Shown here piece after piece: positions 13,624 through 25,105 of a DNA stretch of 64,000 nucleotides. The notes below the pieces were generated by a model. It was not told where the DNA came from and ran no database searches. It was given only the letters and a program-made list of their open reading frames with translations. Both the position numbers and the translations under genes were made by a program. Location of the stretch: NCBI GenBank assembly GCA_012295275.1, contig CM022672.1, forward strand, positions 17,112,001-17,176,000, read 5' to 3'. This DNA is from Chrysomallon squamiferum. Taxonomy: Eukaryota; Animalia; Mollusca. Each line of letters opens with the position of its first letter. Position 1 is the first letter of the stretch.

Positions 13624-14234
13624 CTGCAAAAAAATAAAATAAATATAAAATTATTTTCCATAAAAAATTAACTAATGTTACTGACGTTTCACTGTTATGT
13701 ATTTCAGGAAAGGTAAGTTAATAAAGCTAAGGATAATAAAATTCGTTTGACATTTTTTTTATATAGAAATGCTGTAATAAAGCTTTTCTAATAATAATAA
13801 TAGTAGTTAATGAAATAGTCTCCAGTGAAACATTTTAACTTGTGATAAAAATATCTGATAAGAAAATGTTTAAAAACTCCTCAGTATATTCTGAGAGTGA
13901 TTGTTATTAGGTTTAGTCATATGTTTATTGTATAACAGACATGAGAGATGATCTAAAAATTGTCACTTGTCAATTACTAATATAATATACGTGTGTTCAC
14001 AAAGGCTTCATAGCACAAACGACAACACTTGAGTCACTGGACTGGGAAATATACCAGATCAGCACTGAGAAGAATTAATGATTTAGTCCACACACAACTC
14101 AAGTCAGTGCTATAACTATTTACCTTCTATAGAATATATATGAAATGTGTAGTTCAGATTATCTCTGTAATCACATATTACATTTAACAATATATTAAGT
14201 TTCATGCAGAACTTTTCACAAGGAAAAAACTTAC

Positions 14235-14415
14235 CAAGTCACATGATTTCGTATCACTTTTGGGACAAAACTTAGCAACCACTCTTATTCTGATATCATC
14301 GGAATTTCTAAATTTGGGTGGTCGGAATTCAAACTCGATTTTAAGTTCTCCGTTGTCAGGGGTAACCATTAACTCAGTGGTTGGGGACATGATGCCCGCC
14401 ACATTCTTGAAGCAG
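14235..14415 (-). pseudogene. Gene B ZP-C exon
   Basis: CFKNVAGIMSP...FEFRPPKFRNSDDIRIRVVAKFCPKSDTKSCDL; 181 nt as in C. Confidence 0.85.
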
Positions 14416-14752
14416 CTGAAGAAAACAAATTTAGGAGAAAATCACCTTACATAAAATAAAACATGGAGACATACACATATTATATAAACAAAACATATAT
14501 AAAATATAAATTAATGCAGAATAATTAGGGTTTAATATTATAAAATAACATATTTTGCCAATGATTAATGTAGTTAACTTTTTGGGGAAAAAAAAATGAA
14601 GGAAAACATATCTAAATGTTTCTTTAATAGAATCCTGTTTAATTATGTTATTGATTAATTTAACTTATATCATGACACTGAAATTATTATGTTTATGTTG
14701 TTTACTTTGATTCATGTCTTGTAATTATTGCTATGAGAAATCACACAATTAC

Positions 14753-14837
14753 CTGTCCTTTACAATTGTGACTACAATGGGATCTGATTCTAAATTGTTG
14801 TCAATCATTATATCCACAACCAACAAAGCTCCAAATT
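14753..14837 (-). pseudogene. Gene B ZP-C exon
   Basis: FGALLVVDIMIDNNLESDPIVVTIVKD; 85 nt as in C. Confidence 0.85.
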
Positions 14838-14959
14838 CTGAAAATAAATAAATACACTCAGATGACATATCTTTTCTCCAAGAACTGAGACGAAAATGTA
14901 AAAGGAAATGATGTGCTTACAAACAAATGGATTTAAAATTTATCTTGATTGAAAATTAC

Positions 14960-15105
14960 CTGAGTTCTGATTGACAGAAAGGATAACCATCAGCTTTTCT
15001 CCCATTTTGATTGGTGTGTTGCTGCTGACTGCAACACCTTCCTTTGTCACACCCAAATCAAGAGGGTTTTAATCACCTTGGGCAGAGGCTTGAACTGCGT
15101 TATCC
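14960..15105 (-). pseudogene. Gene B ZP linker/ZP-C exon with in-frame TAA
   Basis: CAA GGT GAT TAA AAC CCT versus C CAA GGT CAT CTC AAC CCA; 146 nt. Confidence 0.85.
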
Positions 15106-15825
15106 CTTTAAAAGGTTAGACAAATTGGTGGGTTTATGTCATTCAGATTTTAATTTATTCTCTTAGCGATTTTGTACGCTTCTAAACAAAATTAATACAT
15201 ACATATATTTTAAATTTTTAATCAAATATATATTTTTAATTAAAGTAATATTATCTGCTTGTTTGTTTGTTTGTTTATTTATTTATTTATTTACTTATTT
15301 ATTTATTTATTTGTTTGTTTGTTTGTTTGTTTGTTTATTTTGAAGTGGGAAGATCACGATTCCAGTTATCCAACGATTATCAGTAACGGCAAAGAGATAT
15401 TTACAAAAAGTATTTAAAAATATAACGAGTTTAGTTACAATACATCAAATGTTACCTTTCTAAATAGAAAATTTACTTTGTAAATCAAATACATTTATCA
15501 TACGTAAGAAAGGAAGAAAAAAAAGAACATAGCAATATAATACATCATTTATTATTTTGCATGTCAGCAATAAAAGAAGAAAAAAAACACCCAAAAACAT
15601 CGCCAAAAATAAACACACACAACATTTCGCTCTGAATGAAGTAAGAAATACAGGAAATATCAGCAATGAAATAATTTATCAGATAGTATATAATATGGAT
15701 TAAAAATGTGTTGCCTGTGAATGAAATGGGATGCTAAACATTATAAAAATCAATTCCATTCGCTATCAGTAATCACAAAAATAATGTTCATTTAAGATAG
15801 TAATTCTGAAAAAATTTAAACTTAC

Positions 15826-15977
15826 TGACTTGTAGATACTGGACTGATAAGAGATACGAGTGTGATGTTTTTGGTCATATCAAAAAGACATCTGGCTTTA
15901 ACAAACTCATCATAAACAAATTGGAACTGAGAATTATACTGCACGTATATCAGACGATGTATTTGTAAAATGTTATC
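15826..15977 (-). pseudogene. Gene B ZP-N exon 2
   Basis: DNILQIHRLIYVQYNSQFQFVYDEFVKARCLFDMTKNITLVS; 152 nt. Confidence 0.85.
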
Positions 15978-16453
15978 CTGAGTGAAGAAAAAACAAAAAT
16001 CAAGAGCAAGAGGCTCTCATCAACATTCATTATTTCTATAGTTATTTATTTATGTATTTAAAATGTTTTTATTGTACAAATTAGAAAAAAACAAAACAAA
16101 AGAACAACAATAAACTATCTTAGACTATACAGATTTAACATGTTAAGATAATTGTTCGAATTTTCAATGTAATTTGATATGTATACTGTTTACATTTTTT
16201 TACTTAATGCGTTATACTACTATTGTTGAAATTCTTATTTCAGCTGACTATATCTCAATACGATGACGAATTGTTATTTGTTTTTTGACATCATCGAATG
16301 TAATTTGCAGAGGCCAGTCTTTGCTTAAATTATAAGAAACATGGCTTTATGTTCCAATTAAAACATTTATCAAATATGCTGTATCAGCAGAAGTATTATT
16401 ATAAGAATACAATAACAGCAACATCAAAAAAAAAAAAAAAAAAAAAATAAGTA

Positions 16454-16499
<46 letters not shown>

Positions 16500-16674
16500 T
16501 TAATTGCTCTTGCTTTAAAATATTTTACCAGTCGTGATTATGTGATTTTCTCATATTTAAAAGATATTAATTTTAAATTTATTTCTATTTAAGATACGCA
16601 AGTCTGAAGAATATTTTTAAATAGTATTTGCTCAAAACATTTAAAAAGCTACAACTTTTTTTTAACATACTCAC

Positions 16675-16886
16675 CATGCTCTGAGATGATACATTTCCGC
16701 AGTTGGTGTCAGTATTTGGTATGATCTTCACTTTACCGCTGGTAAAATTATCAGGCATTCCTTCCTGGTTGGCAAAATCGTCAAATGTGCATGTATCTTC
16801 ATAACCATAGGCATAAACCTTTCCTTGAAAATTTCCTATGGGATCAATCTGAATAGACATCTAGTCTTTTCCACAGATCACTTTGT
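16675..16886 (-). pseudogene. Gene B ZP-N exon 1 with in-frame TAG
   Basis: KVICGKD*MSIQIDPIGNFQGKVYAYGYEDTC...TNCG; 212 nt. Confidence 0.88.
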
Positions 16887-17487
16887 CTGTTAAATTATTA
16901 CTTTTTTGATGTATTATTTATTTAATGAATGTAAAGGTAATAACATAAACGTGTAAAAGTAATAGACATAAACATAGAAAAATTGTTGAATAATTAATAT
17001 GCAGTCACAGCCATACTCAAGTACACAAATATGCATTCATACACACAGATATACAAACATTCCGACATCTATTTAAAAACATGTTTCCAAGCACACACAC
17101 ACAAGCACGCACGCACGCACGCAGACACATATACACACATATATATAGAAAAATAATAAATATAAAGTTTTTAAATATTACCGTATCATTTGGGTACATA
17201 AATGAACAAGATAAATCTGTCTAAAATCAGTTAAGCTGTAACACATGTAGATTAGTTGACTAAAAGCGTTATGACCTGCTTTCCTTTTTATGAGAAAGTA
17301 ATATAAATGAATCTTTGCTGTTTATTATTAACAATTGTGTAAAGTGGTAGCATCAAATTTCATTATTTATGCTGCCATTATATAAAGACATTTGTGACTA
17401 TAAATACTGAAATGTGTTAGCATCATTTTAAATGTTTAATAATATAACCATACTTTCTGAGTTCTTGATATCCCCTGTTATCCTGCT

Positions 17488-17488
<1 letters not shown>

Positions 17489-17546
<58 letters not shown>
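17489..17546. repeat. Poly(A) tract in gene B intron
   Basis: Direct reading. Confidence 0.95.
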
Positions 17547-17548
<2 letters not shown>

Positions 17549-17571
17549 AAAACAAAAAGGACGATACTTAC

Positions 17572-17703
17572 ATCTAGGGAAAAGACATTTCTCTGTGTCC
17601 TCATATCCTGCATCACAGTAACATTTGGCTTTTCCATCTTCAGCTACACAGGTTCCATGTTCTGAACAACTTGTCTTGGTGCATGGATTCTTATCAACGT
17701 CAC
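17572..17703 (-). pseudogene. Gene B EGF-like exon 2
   Basis: PCTKTSCSEHGTCVAEDGKAKCYCDAGYEDTEKC (6 Cys); 132 nt, phase 1->1. Confidence 0.9.
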
Positions 17704-18199
17704 CTGCAATTAATTAATTTAAGTAACAACGAGAACAGCCGTAGTAATAATGTTAATATTGTCGATGATAATATCAACAATATAGCAATTTCGTTACAGT
17801 GAATAATAATTAATCTGAATAGCAGTAATATTTATTATTATAATAATGATGATGATAAGAATAACAACAACAAAATAATAATAGTTATAAAGATAACGAA
17901 GACAGAGTCTATACATTTTTTTTTAAATAAAGGTTTTATACATTTAGAACTCGTATTCACAATTGTTGTGACTTTCAGCTTCGTTTCGTTATTCTGATTT
18001 AAATCAGTTATTATATTTTACAATATACATTTTGTATAGATTCAAATTTGTAACATTACTCCCAATTGTAAGAACTCAAATCCTTCAGTACTTTTCTATT
18101 AAATTTAAATGCAAGTGCAAGTTTAGCGTTGTTGTGACATATTGGTTATATATAATTTTTTTCGGTGTCATATTTTGGTTACACACAATTAAATGTTAC

Positions 18200-18334
18200 C
18201 TTTAACATAATCACATTTGTATCCACCGCGAGGTGGATCTATCGCATTACATTCACAAATTCCTTTGTCATTACACACAGCACCATTGGAACACGGTTTC
18301 TGTCCAGGCCGACGACAGTCGTAGGTTGCAGGTC
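18200..18334 (-). pseudogene. Gene B EGF-like exon 1
   Basis: YDCRRPGQKPCSNGAVCNDKGICECNAIDPPRGGYKC (6 Cys); 135 nt. Confidence 0.9.
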
Positions 18335-18567
18335 CTGTTAGAGTTAACAATCATTCAACTATACAATCACTATAGAACATTATAAGAAACTGTGAAAACT
18401 AACAAAGTGACAAGATCAGCTGTCTATATTATTTAGGATTTGCAGCGTAAATAAATTAGATATTTTATAAGAGTGAGTCAGTGTTATTTTTGCTTGTCGT
18501 GTTAAAGAAAAATGTCAAGTGGTTTCAAGTTTAACATGATAAAAACATAAAGCAATAATATACATAC

Positions 18568-18670
18568 CATCATCATCCAGAACTTCTACAGATACCTCTT
18601 TCACACCGGTATTAAACTTATCTGCGTTATCGACAATAGATACTTTGAAAAATTCTGTCTTTTCTTCATT
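18568..18670 (-). pseudogene. Gene B Calx-beta repeat 4 C-half (C14-type)
   Basis: NEEKTEFFKVSIVDNADKFNTGVKEVSVEVLDDD; 103 nt. Confidence 0.85.
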
Positions 18671-18899
18671 CTACAGTATTAAAAAATATACCAGTAAAAC
18701 AAAACAAAATTACAAAACGTGATACAGAAATTCACACTAACAGTTATCTATGCAGTTGTCTTTTAACATTATTTCAAGTTTTCATTAAGAAACGTTATTT
18801 AATACTGTCAAAGCAAATAATCTTTGTATAGCAATGTATAAATTTGAATGTATTGTCCAAAAAAAGATATGTCTAGAAAATTTAACTCATTTAACTTAC

Positions 18900-19129
18900 C
18901 ATATCATCTTTAAGCTGAATTTCAATTGATTGTGTTACTTCTCCATCTGCAAAGACAAGCTTAGCTGCATCTGGTTTAATATAATCTTTGCCTGCAAGAG
19001 CTGTGTCATCAGCGATTGAAAGATCAACAGAGATTTCTCCAATCGATCCATTTGTTCTTGTTGCACTCAAAACTACTGGTCCACTAGACTCGTATGTTGG
19101 ACTCGGTACTTCCAGTGATATAGTAGGAA
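18900..19129 (-). pseudogene. Gene B Calx-beta repeat 4 N-half (C14-type)
   Basis: PTISLEVPSPTYESSGPVVLSATRTNG...TALAGKDY...LVFADGE...LKDD; 230 nt. Confidence 0.88.
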
Positions 19130-19450
19130 CTGGAAATAAATATATATGTGTCTATGTTTTTCTATATGTATGCAAAACTATATACACAAGATAATGTAAA
19201 ATTAGGTCTCTTTCAGTATGTCTGTGTGTGTGTGTGTGTGTGTGTGTCTATACATACACATATATAAATATATGACATATAATTTTAAATCACGCGTTAG
19301 TGATAAAAACAGTTCATACAACCTTCCTTCTGAGACATTGTAACCCTCCTTTATTTGTGAAAATAGAAATTAATTTTTATTTTATTTTTATTTTATTTTT
19401 ATTTTTTTTATTTTTGGCGAAATATTAGAATATAAATACAAAGTTCTTAC

Positions 19451-19550
19451 TTTCATCATCAGTAATTGTAACCACCAGGTTGTCTCCTTCCTGTGCCACT
19501 TCATTATTTTCCTTTACGCTTATTGTGAAGCTTTCATCAATTTCATCAAC
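19451..19550 (-). pseudogene. Gene B Calx-beta repeat 3 C-half (C9-type)
   Basis: VDEIDESFTISVKENNEVAQEGDNLVVTITDDE; 100 nt. Confidence 0.85.
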
Positions 19551-19783
19551 CTGAAAAGTGTAATATAAATTTTAAATTATTTATAATTATTTGTGATCTC
19601 TCTGACTGTTAAATACGAAGATTTCTTTGTTTCTCACATTTTAAAATAATTGGTTATACAGAGTGCCCTTAAGGACATAATTATTAATTACGAGCGATGT
19701 TTTCTACGAAAATGGGAAGAAAAATACTGGTTTTCTAAGCCTGAAAGTAAATTCAAAAAGTGTAAAATACAAATAATACTGAC

Positions 19784-20022
19784 TTTATCATCTAGAATAT
19801 CGATAGTCCCTGAAGCTTCGTTCTTTCCAGCTGCAATCGTGACATCTTTGATGGAACTTGACTGGAAATCTTCTGTATCAGTTGCACTGCCTGATGTAGC
19901 AGTTAACTGAACTGTTACTGCTGGAGAATTGGATGCTGTGTTTGGTCTCACCAGTGTGAATGTTGCAGAGCCAGCACTCTCAGATATAGATAACGTTAAA
20001 GATTTAAATTTAATCTTTGAAA
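19784..20022 (-). pseudogene. Gene B Calx-beta repeat 3 N-half (C9-type)
   Basis: SKIKFKSLTLSISESAGSATFTLVR...SATDTEDF...DILDD; 239 nt. Confidence 0.88.
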
Positions 20023-20840
20023 CTGGAAAAGATTAAATCGAATAGCAGGATAATACCACACTTGTCACCATCTCTAACTGAAACGAAAAGCTCTAATCAG
20101 AATATTAAAGAGTGAAAGTGTTTATTATTCGTGATGAATCAAACAGGACATTTTTTCACAAAGCAGTTCAAAGAATAATAAATACATAAAATTAACGGTA
20201 ATTCATTGAAAACATAGACGACTGTGTTGAACAAATAAGCATTAACAAATTAGATTAAGGCATTTCCAGTATAATGAATCATTGAATATAAATACAGTGT
20301 TTAAAATTTACAGAACGAACATTAACTACAAGGCTATCAAAATCTCGAGATATAGTAACTGAAGTAAAATAAAACTGCCTTTATCATGAAAATTAATAAA
20401 AAATATTACAGAAATCAGTTAATTGAATTTTATTATTGTTTTATGAAAACCCGCTCTAATCATGACATTGACATAATTTAATAAAGAAAACAACAGTAAA
20501 GTGAGTAGAAAATATGTGCAATTGTCCCAGTAATGAAAAGCTAATTAGCGTAAAGTAACGCAGACTTGTTTAGTTTGTAAATACTTTCTGAAACGAAAGT
20601 GCTACATTTATTTGTTTCTGTGATTTTCATCTGTAGTCGTTTTAATAATTGTACACAAAATTTAATCTTTTAACAGATTAACAAGTGTTACAAAGCTGCA
20701 ATTTAAGTATGTCACTGAACTAAAGCAAATAAAATACATAATTAAATAAAACGGTATCAATCTTAATAAAATGCTTTTAAGAAATTGCAAAGCAATCCAA
20801 AATAAAATAAAATTGTAAACTTACGTATCAATTTACTCAC

Positions 20841-20933
20841 CATCATCATTCTTAATTGTTATTTCGGTATTTAGTGAATTTCCTAATTTGTAATCCGAAT
20901 GTTCTTTAAGTTTCATTGTCAATGTTCGCACAA
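20841..20933 (-). pseudogene. Gene B Calx-beta repeat 2 C-half (C4-type), defective
   Basis: Homolog of C 53141-53243, but the acceptor reads ttaatttctg instead of ttaatttcag and the exon is 93 nt versus 103 nt. Confidence 0.8.
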
Positions 20934-21687
20934 CAGAAATTAAAACCAGAAATTAAGTAAACATGTCGATTAATTAAACGAATGAAAGAAGTAGTGTCTT
21001 ATGTTCAATAAATTTCCAAACATTTTGAAAGAAATTCACGAAATCAGGAATCATCTACTGAAATATATAAACCTTCACTGTAGACCATTAGCAGATATGA
21101 TTTGCGTAAAAAGAAATGAAGATTTGTGGTGTTTTATTTTATGTACAAACAAAAATTCAAAAATACAGGCAGGTTTAATTCAACTTTCTCAAAATGTTAA
21201 TAATTACATTGAGTTTCTGCGGTAAGGAAGATTACATTATGTCAACAAATGACAGTAACATTATATCAAAATTGGTCTTCTTTAATTTATATCTGACTTA
21301 AATAATGATTGATGAAAAAACCAGAATTGCAAATACATTTTTCAGATATTTACTTTAATAGAAACAGTTCAAAAACATGTTAAATATGCTATTTTGAAAA
21401 TCAAAATAGAAGTCTATAATATGAACCAGACAAAAATGAGTAACTGTTTTTCATTAAACATGGAGTAATAATTTAGGAAATATAGATAAAAATAATAAAT
21501 TCACCCTGGCTGTTACCAAATGTTTCTATATTTACTGGCGAAAGAAAATCAATCAGAAATTATTAAATCCAAATACCTATTAAATAATCAACTGCATTTT
21601 TGATGATTATCAGCCCTAATCTACATAATAAAAAAAAATATAAGTACTTTTTAGAATAAAATTTCTTAAAATTATGGAGATGCTTAC

Positions 21688-21941
21688 ATCATCGTTTTTG
21701 ATAGTGATGTTAAATAACTGTTCATCTGATGTTGTACCAGCAGCAGGAGAAGGAAAGGTAACTGCATAAGCAGTTAGATCATAATCAGCCCCTTCAGTTG
21801 CAGTTCCAGCAGTTACAGTAACGCGTACACCCAGGGCTGTTACTGATCCACCGTCTGGAAATGTTCTTACAACGGCAACTGAAAGAATTCCATTGTCTTC
21901 ATCGACTTCCTGTGAAGATGTTTTCATGTTGATTGTCGAAA
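21688..21941 (-). pseudogene. Gene B Calx-beta repeat 2 N-half (C4-type)
   Basis: STINMKTSSQEVDEDNGILSVAVVR...GTATEGADY...IKNDD; 254 nt. Confidence 0.88.
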
Positions 21942-22213
21942 CTGAAAACATGATACATTTTCAAAAAATTTATAGGAATGAGGTATTTTCTTCTTCTTCT
22001 AATAAAGCGTTTATTGACATGAGTGTTAGAAAATGTGTGAGTATTTGTTTCAGATGGATTTGTAGAGAAAATAAATAATACTAGAGTAGAAGTAGTTACT
22101 GTACAATGCAGTTACTTGAATTGATTTTCTAAGTTATAAATCATTATAGCTCATCTGAATATTAGTATTAAAAACATCTAAACGTGTAAGATACAAGAAT
22201 TCACATCACTCAC

Positions 22214-22316
22214 CATCATTGTCAAGTATGTCAACACTTGTTGTTGCACGACTTCCGACCTTATAAGCAGTGTCAGGTAGAATTTTCACCAAAAACCTTT
22301 CCTTGCTTTCTTCTAT
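22214..22316 (-). pseudogene. Gene B Calx-beta repeat 1 C-half (C3-type)
   Basis: IEESKERFLVKILPDTAYKVGSRATTSVDILDND; 103 nt. Confidence 0.85.
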
Positions 22317-22613
22317 CTGTGGATTTAAAAGTTATGAATAATATTTACTGAGCAAATATCTAAAAGCTGTTTTTATCTCAGATTTCAGTTTAAATTGTGG
22401 GTCATGGGGATGAAACAGTAAAAAGTTTTTTTTTTTTTGAATATTCGCTGTAAAACTAGAATGAAAAAAGTGTTCTATGACATTTCAACTGTTATGTTTC
22501 TTCTTTTATTTTCTTTTTTTTCTAAAGCACAATTTTAGTTATTACATGTCACTTTTCTGAAAATCAATAATTTATTTATCAGTTCGTTCAAGAATACAAT
22601 TAAAAATGCATAC

Positions 22614-22843
22614 TCTGTCATTTCTTATTGAGATTGAAACGTAAGCTTTCGTCCGATTCTCTCTAAAGTTAATAGCACTGATTCCATAATCACTTGATGT
22701 TGTTGTTACATCAGTAATTTCTAATTTCAGTTTTATGGCAGGAAGCGTTTCGCCAGCAGGTGTCGTTCTTATCGCATATATTCTGACTCGATAAGCATCT
22801 TCTTTAATGACAGTAAAGCTATCGTCCATGTTAAATGTAGGTA
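22614..22843 (-). pseudogene. Gene B Calx-beta repeat 1 N-half (C3-type, hypervariable)
   Basis: PTFNMDDSFTVIKEDAYRVRIYAIR...TTTSSDY...IRNDR; 230 nt. Confidence 0.88.
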
Positions 22844-23048
22844 CTGAAAATAATAATAATTATTATAACAACAACAACAGTAACAATAATAATAATAATA
22901 ATAATAATTAAAGCAAACGAAAGCAAGTGAGACAAAAGATTTGATAAAATGGAATCTACATTTATTTTAGTAGTCGTATGTGTTATTTAACCCAAGATAA
23001 TTTCTTTGTGATTAATACAAACCTTTTTCTAAGTGATCTTAAGAAACA

Positions 23049-23089
<41 letters not shown>

Positions 23090-23460
23090 AATAACAACAA
23101 CAGTAATAGTAATAATAATCATCATCATCATTATTATTATTATTATTATTAAGTAATAAAAAAATAAAAATAAATGTTCAATATCTCTGAGAATAACCAC
23201 GAATACGTTGAATATAAGAGAGATAACTATGTCCTAAGCATCCTCTATACAGTGATCTCCCTCTTTTTTTTCTTCTTTTTTTTTTCTCATTTTCACACGA
23301 TATTGTCCTTAACAACATACACCAGTCAATAGTAATTATGTAACTGATAAAATGAATCAATGTTGATTTGTCAAAACAAATTTCAAGAGATACCTGTTAC
23401 AACAAATAAATAAATAATATTAAAAATACAAAACAGTTAATAAGTTTTAAAATATCTTAC

Positions 23461-23530
23461 TTCCTGCGACGTGGACTGTAAATGTAAGGCACAGAACATA
23501 AAAGAGGAACCAAGACCATCTGACGTCCAT
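23461..23530 (-). pseudogene. Gene B first coding exon: signal peptide
   Basis: tattttag|ccacaccATG; MDVRWSWFLFYVLCLTFTVHVAG; A|GTAAG phase 1. Confidence 0.85.
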
Positions 23531-23819
23531 GGTGTGGCTAAAATATAAGTTAATTACACAGGTATGAAATATGACAGGGCTAAACTATTAATAAGTCTGA
23601 AATTAAATAAATTATGGTGGGGCTAAGATAAAACTGAATTCCACTAGTATAAATTACGAAGAGGCTACAGCATAAGTACATTTATAAGAATATAAAATAT
23701 AAAGTAAAATATAAATACATTACACAAAAAAAAAAAAAAAAATTATAGTACATTTAATTCGTAAGTCTAATTTGGCTAATCATTTAACAGAAAATTCCTT
23801 TCACCCCGTTATTACTAAA

Positions 23820-23954
23820 CATGACAATGTTTGCCCTCTTACGTCAGAAAATATAAATATTTCAGTTAGCAGTAATATCATGTATTTAGAACACCGTTGT
23901 TCAGCCGGTTACACGTAATAAATATATATATTTAAATCTCACACATACACACGT

Positions 23955-23988
<34 letters not shown>

Positions 23989-24836
23989 TGAAATTAGGGT
24001 GACGATTTCCATGTTTGGAAAGAAGGACGCAGCTCACCTATGTGTGTATGTAAAATGAACACGCATTTTTAGTTCATAATAACCAAAACACACAGACTAC
24101 AAGTTACAGTACTTGACAAGTTAATTACGAATTACTGAAGACGTCACTTTAATCAAGTGTGTTTTGTGAAAAGTTGCAGTTAATATAAAGCTGTAGAAAA
24201 CATTTTTGGTAGAATTTATTTGACAGTTGTTATGTGATGAATGCTAATTAGTTCAGATGCGTTGTTCTTATGGTTAAAAAAAAATCATTATAGGCTTATT
24301 ATATCATGGTCAAGTATGCCTTCTTCTCATATCATAGAAACGTTTACATTCTGTTTACGTAACTTTTTTAAACAAGCAGAAACTAACCAAACTGCGTTAT
24401 TCATTCCACCGTTAGTAGATGACTGTTTTTTTGTTTTTTTTTAAATACAGAAAAGAAAACAGCACATTACTGAATAAAAGAAAATGAAGGCACTTTCTGG
24501 AGCGAAAAATAGCGGAGGATTCATTCCATCTACAGCTGAATTCAGCAAACTGTAAAATACTTTAAAATATTTGTTCATTTCTTCTCGCATGGAAAGTCGA
24601 AAGAGATGTCATCGCGTGGAACATTGTCTTAATGGAACGTACAATATATTATTTTCTTTCGGATACCTTAATTCCTCTTAAGCACAGTACGAAATGGACA
24701 TTAATTAATTTTATATCAGAATAACAAAGCCAGAACTCCGAAATGCTTATTATATTGTGATGGGACGAATGTCTATTTAGTAGACATTATAAGCATTATA
24801 CCGTAGTGTTAAAATATTGTAAGAACAGGCCTGTTA

Positions 24837-24871
<35 letters not shown>

Positions 24872-25105
24872 TATGGAAGCCGTACGATAATTATAATGGC
24901 GGCGGAATGATCCTAATGATGGTGCGATTGGAAAGTGGGATAATGGTAACAACAAACACGGTCTGAAGACTGCAGGAATTCGGAGTTTCTTTACAAAAAC
25001 TTAAGGACGTTTTATATTGATTCAAATAAAGATGGAGAAACGAAAAGCTGAACTGATCTCATTAAAAGCAGCAGACAGAACTTAATTTATGATATGTTAA
25101 AATAA
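23820..25105. repeat. Duplicated upstream (5') flank of gene B, homologous to about 59390-61015 upstream of gene C
   Basis: Shared gaaattagggt, ttacagtacttgacaa, aaagagatgtcatcg, gacgaatgtctatttagtagaca and the block at 24895-24990 versus 60662-60757. Confidence 0.8.
24390..24572 (+). repeat. Dispersed repeat copy (matches 28507-28690)
   Basis: cagcacattactgaataaaagaaaatga.ggcacttt...gctgaattcagcaaactgtaaa; absent from the paralogous flank upstream of gene C. Confidence 0.75.

Larger units (their letters stand above)
12968..23530 (-). pseudogene. Gene B: signal peptide-(Calx-beta)4-EGF2-ZP-furin-TM gene, probably recently pseudogenised (18 exons)
   Basis: Exon-by-exon paralogy to gene C. 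In-frame TAG at 16861-16863 (CAG in C) and TAA at 15069-15071 (CTC in C). Acceptor AG changed to TG at 20934-20935 with a 10-nt deletion in that exon. Confidence 0.85.

Noticed and set aside
16858-16863. Stop-restart (TAGATG) or readthrough rescuing gene B
   Set aside because: The ATG is the ancestral internal Met also present in C, and a second stop at 15069-15071 blocks the downstream product
17428-17665. Poly-Lys / poly-Phe ORFs
   Set aside because: Intronic poly(A) tract; the real EGF exon is in another minus-strand frame
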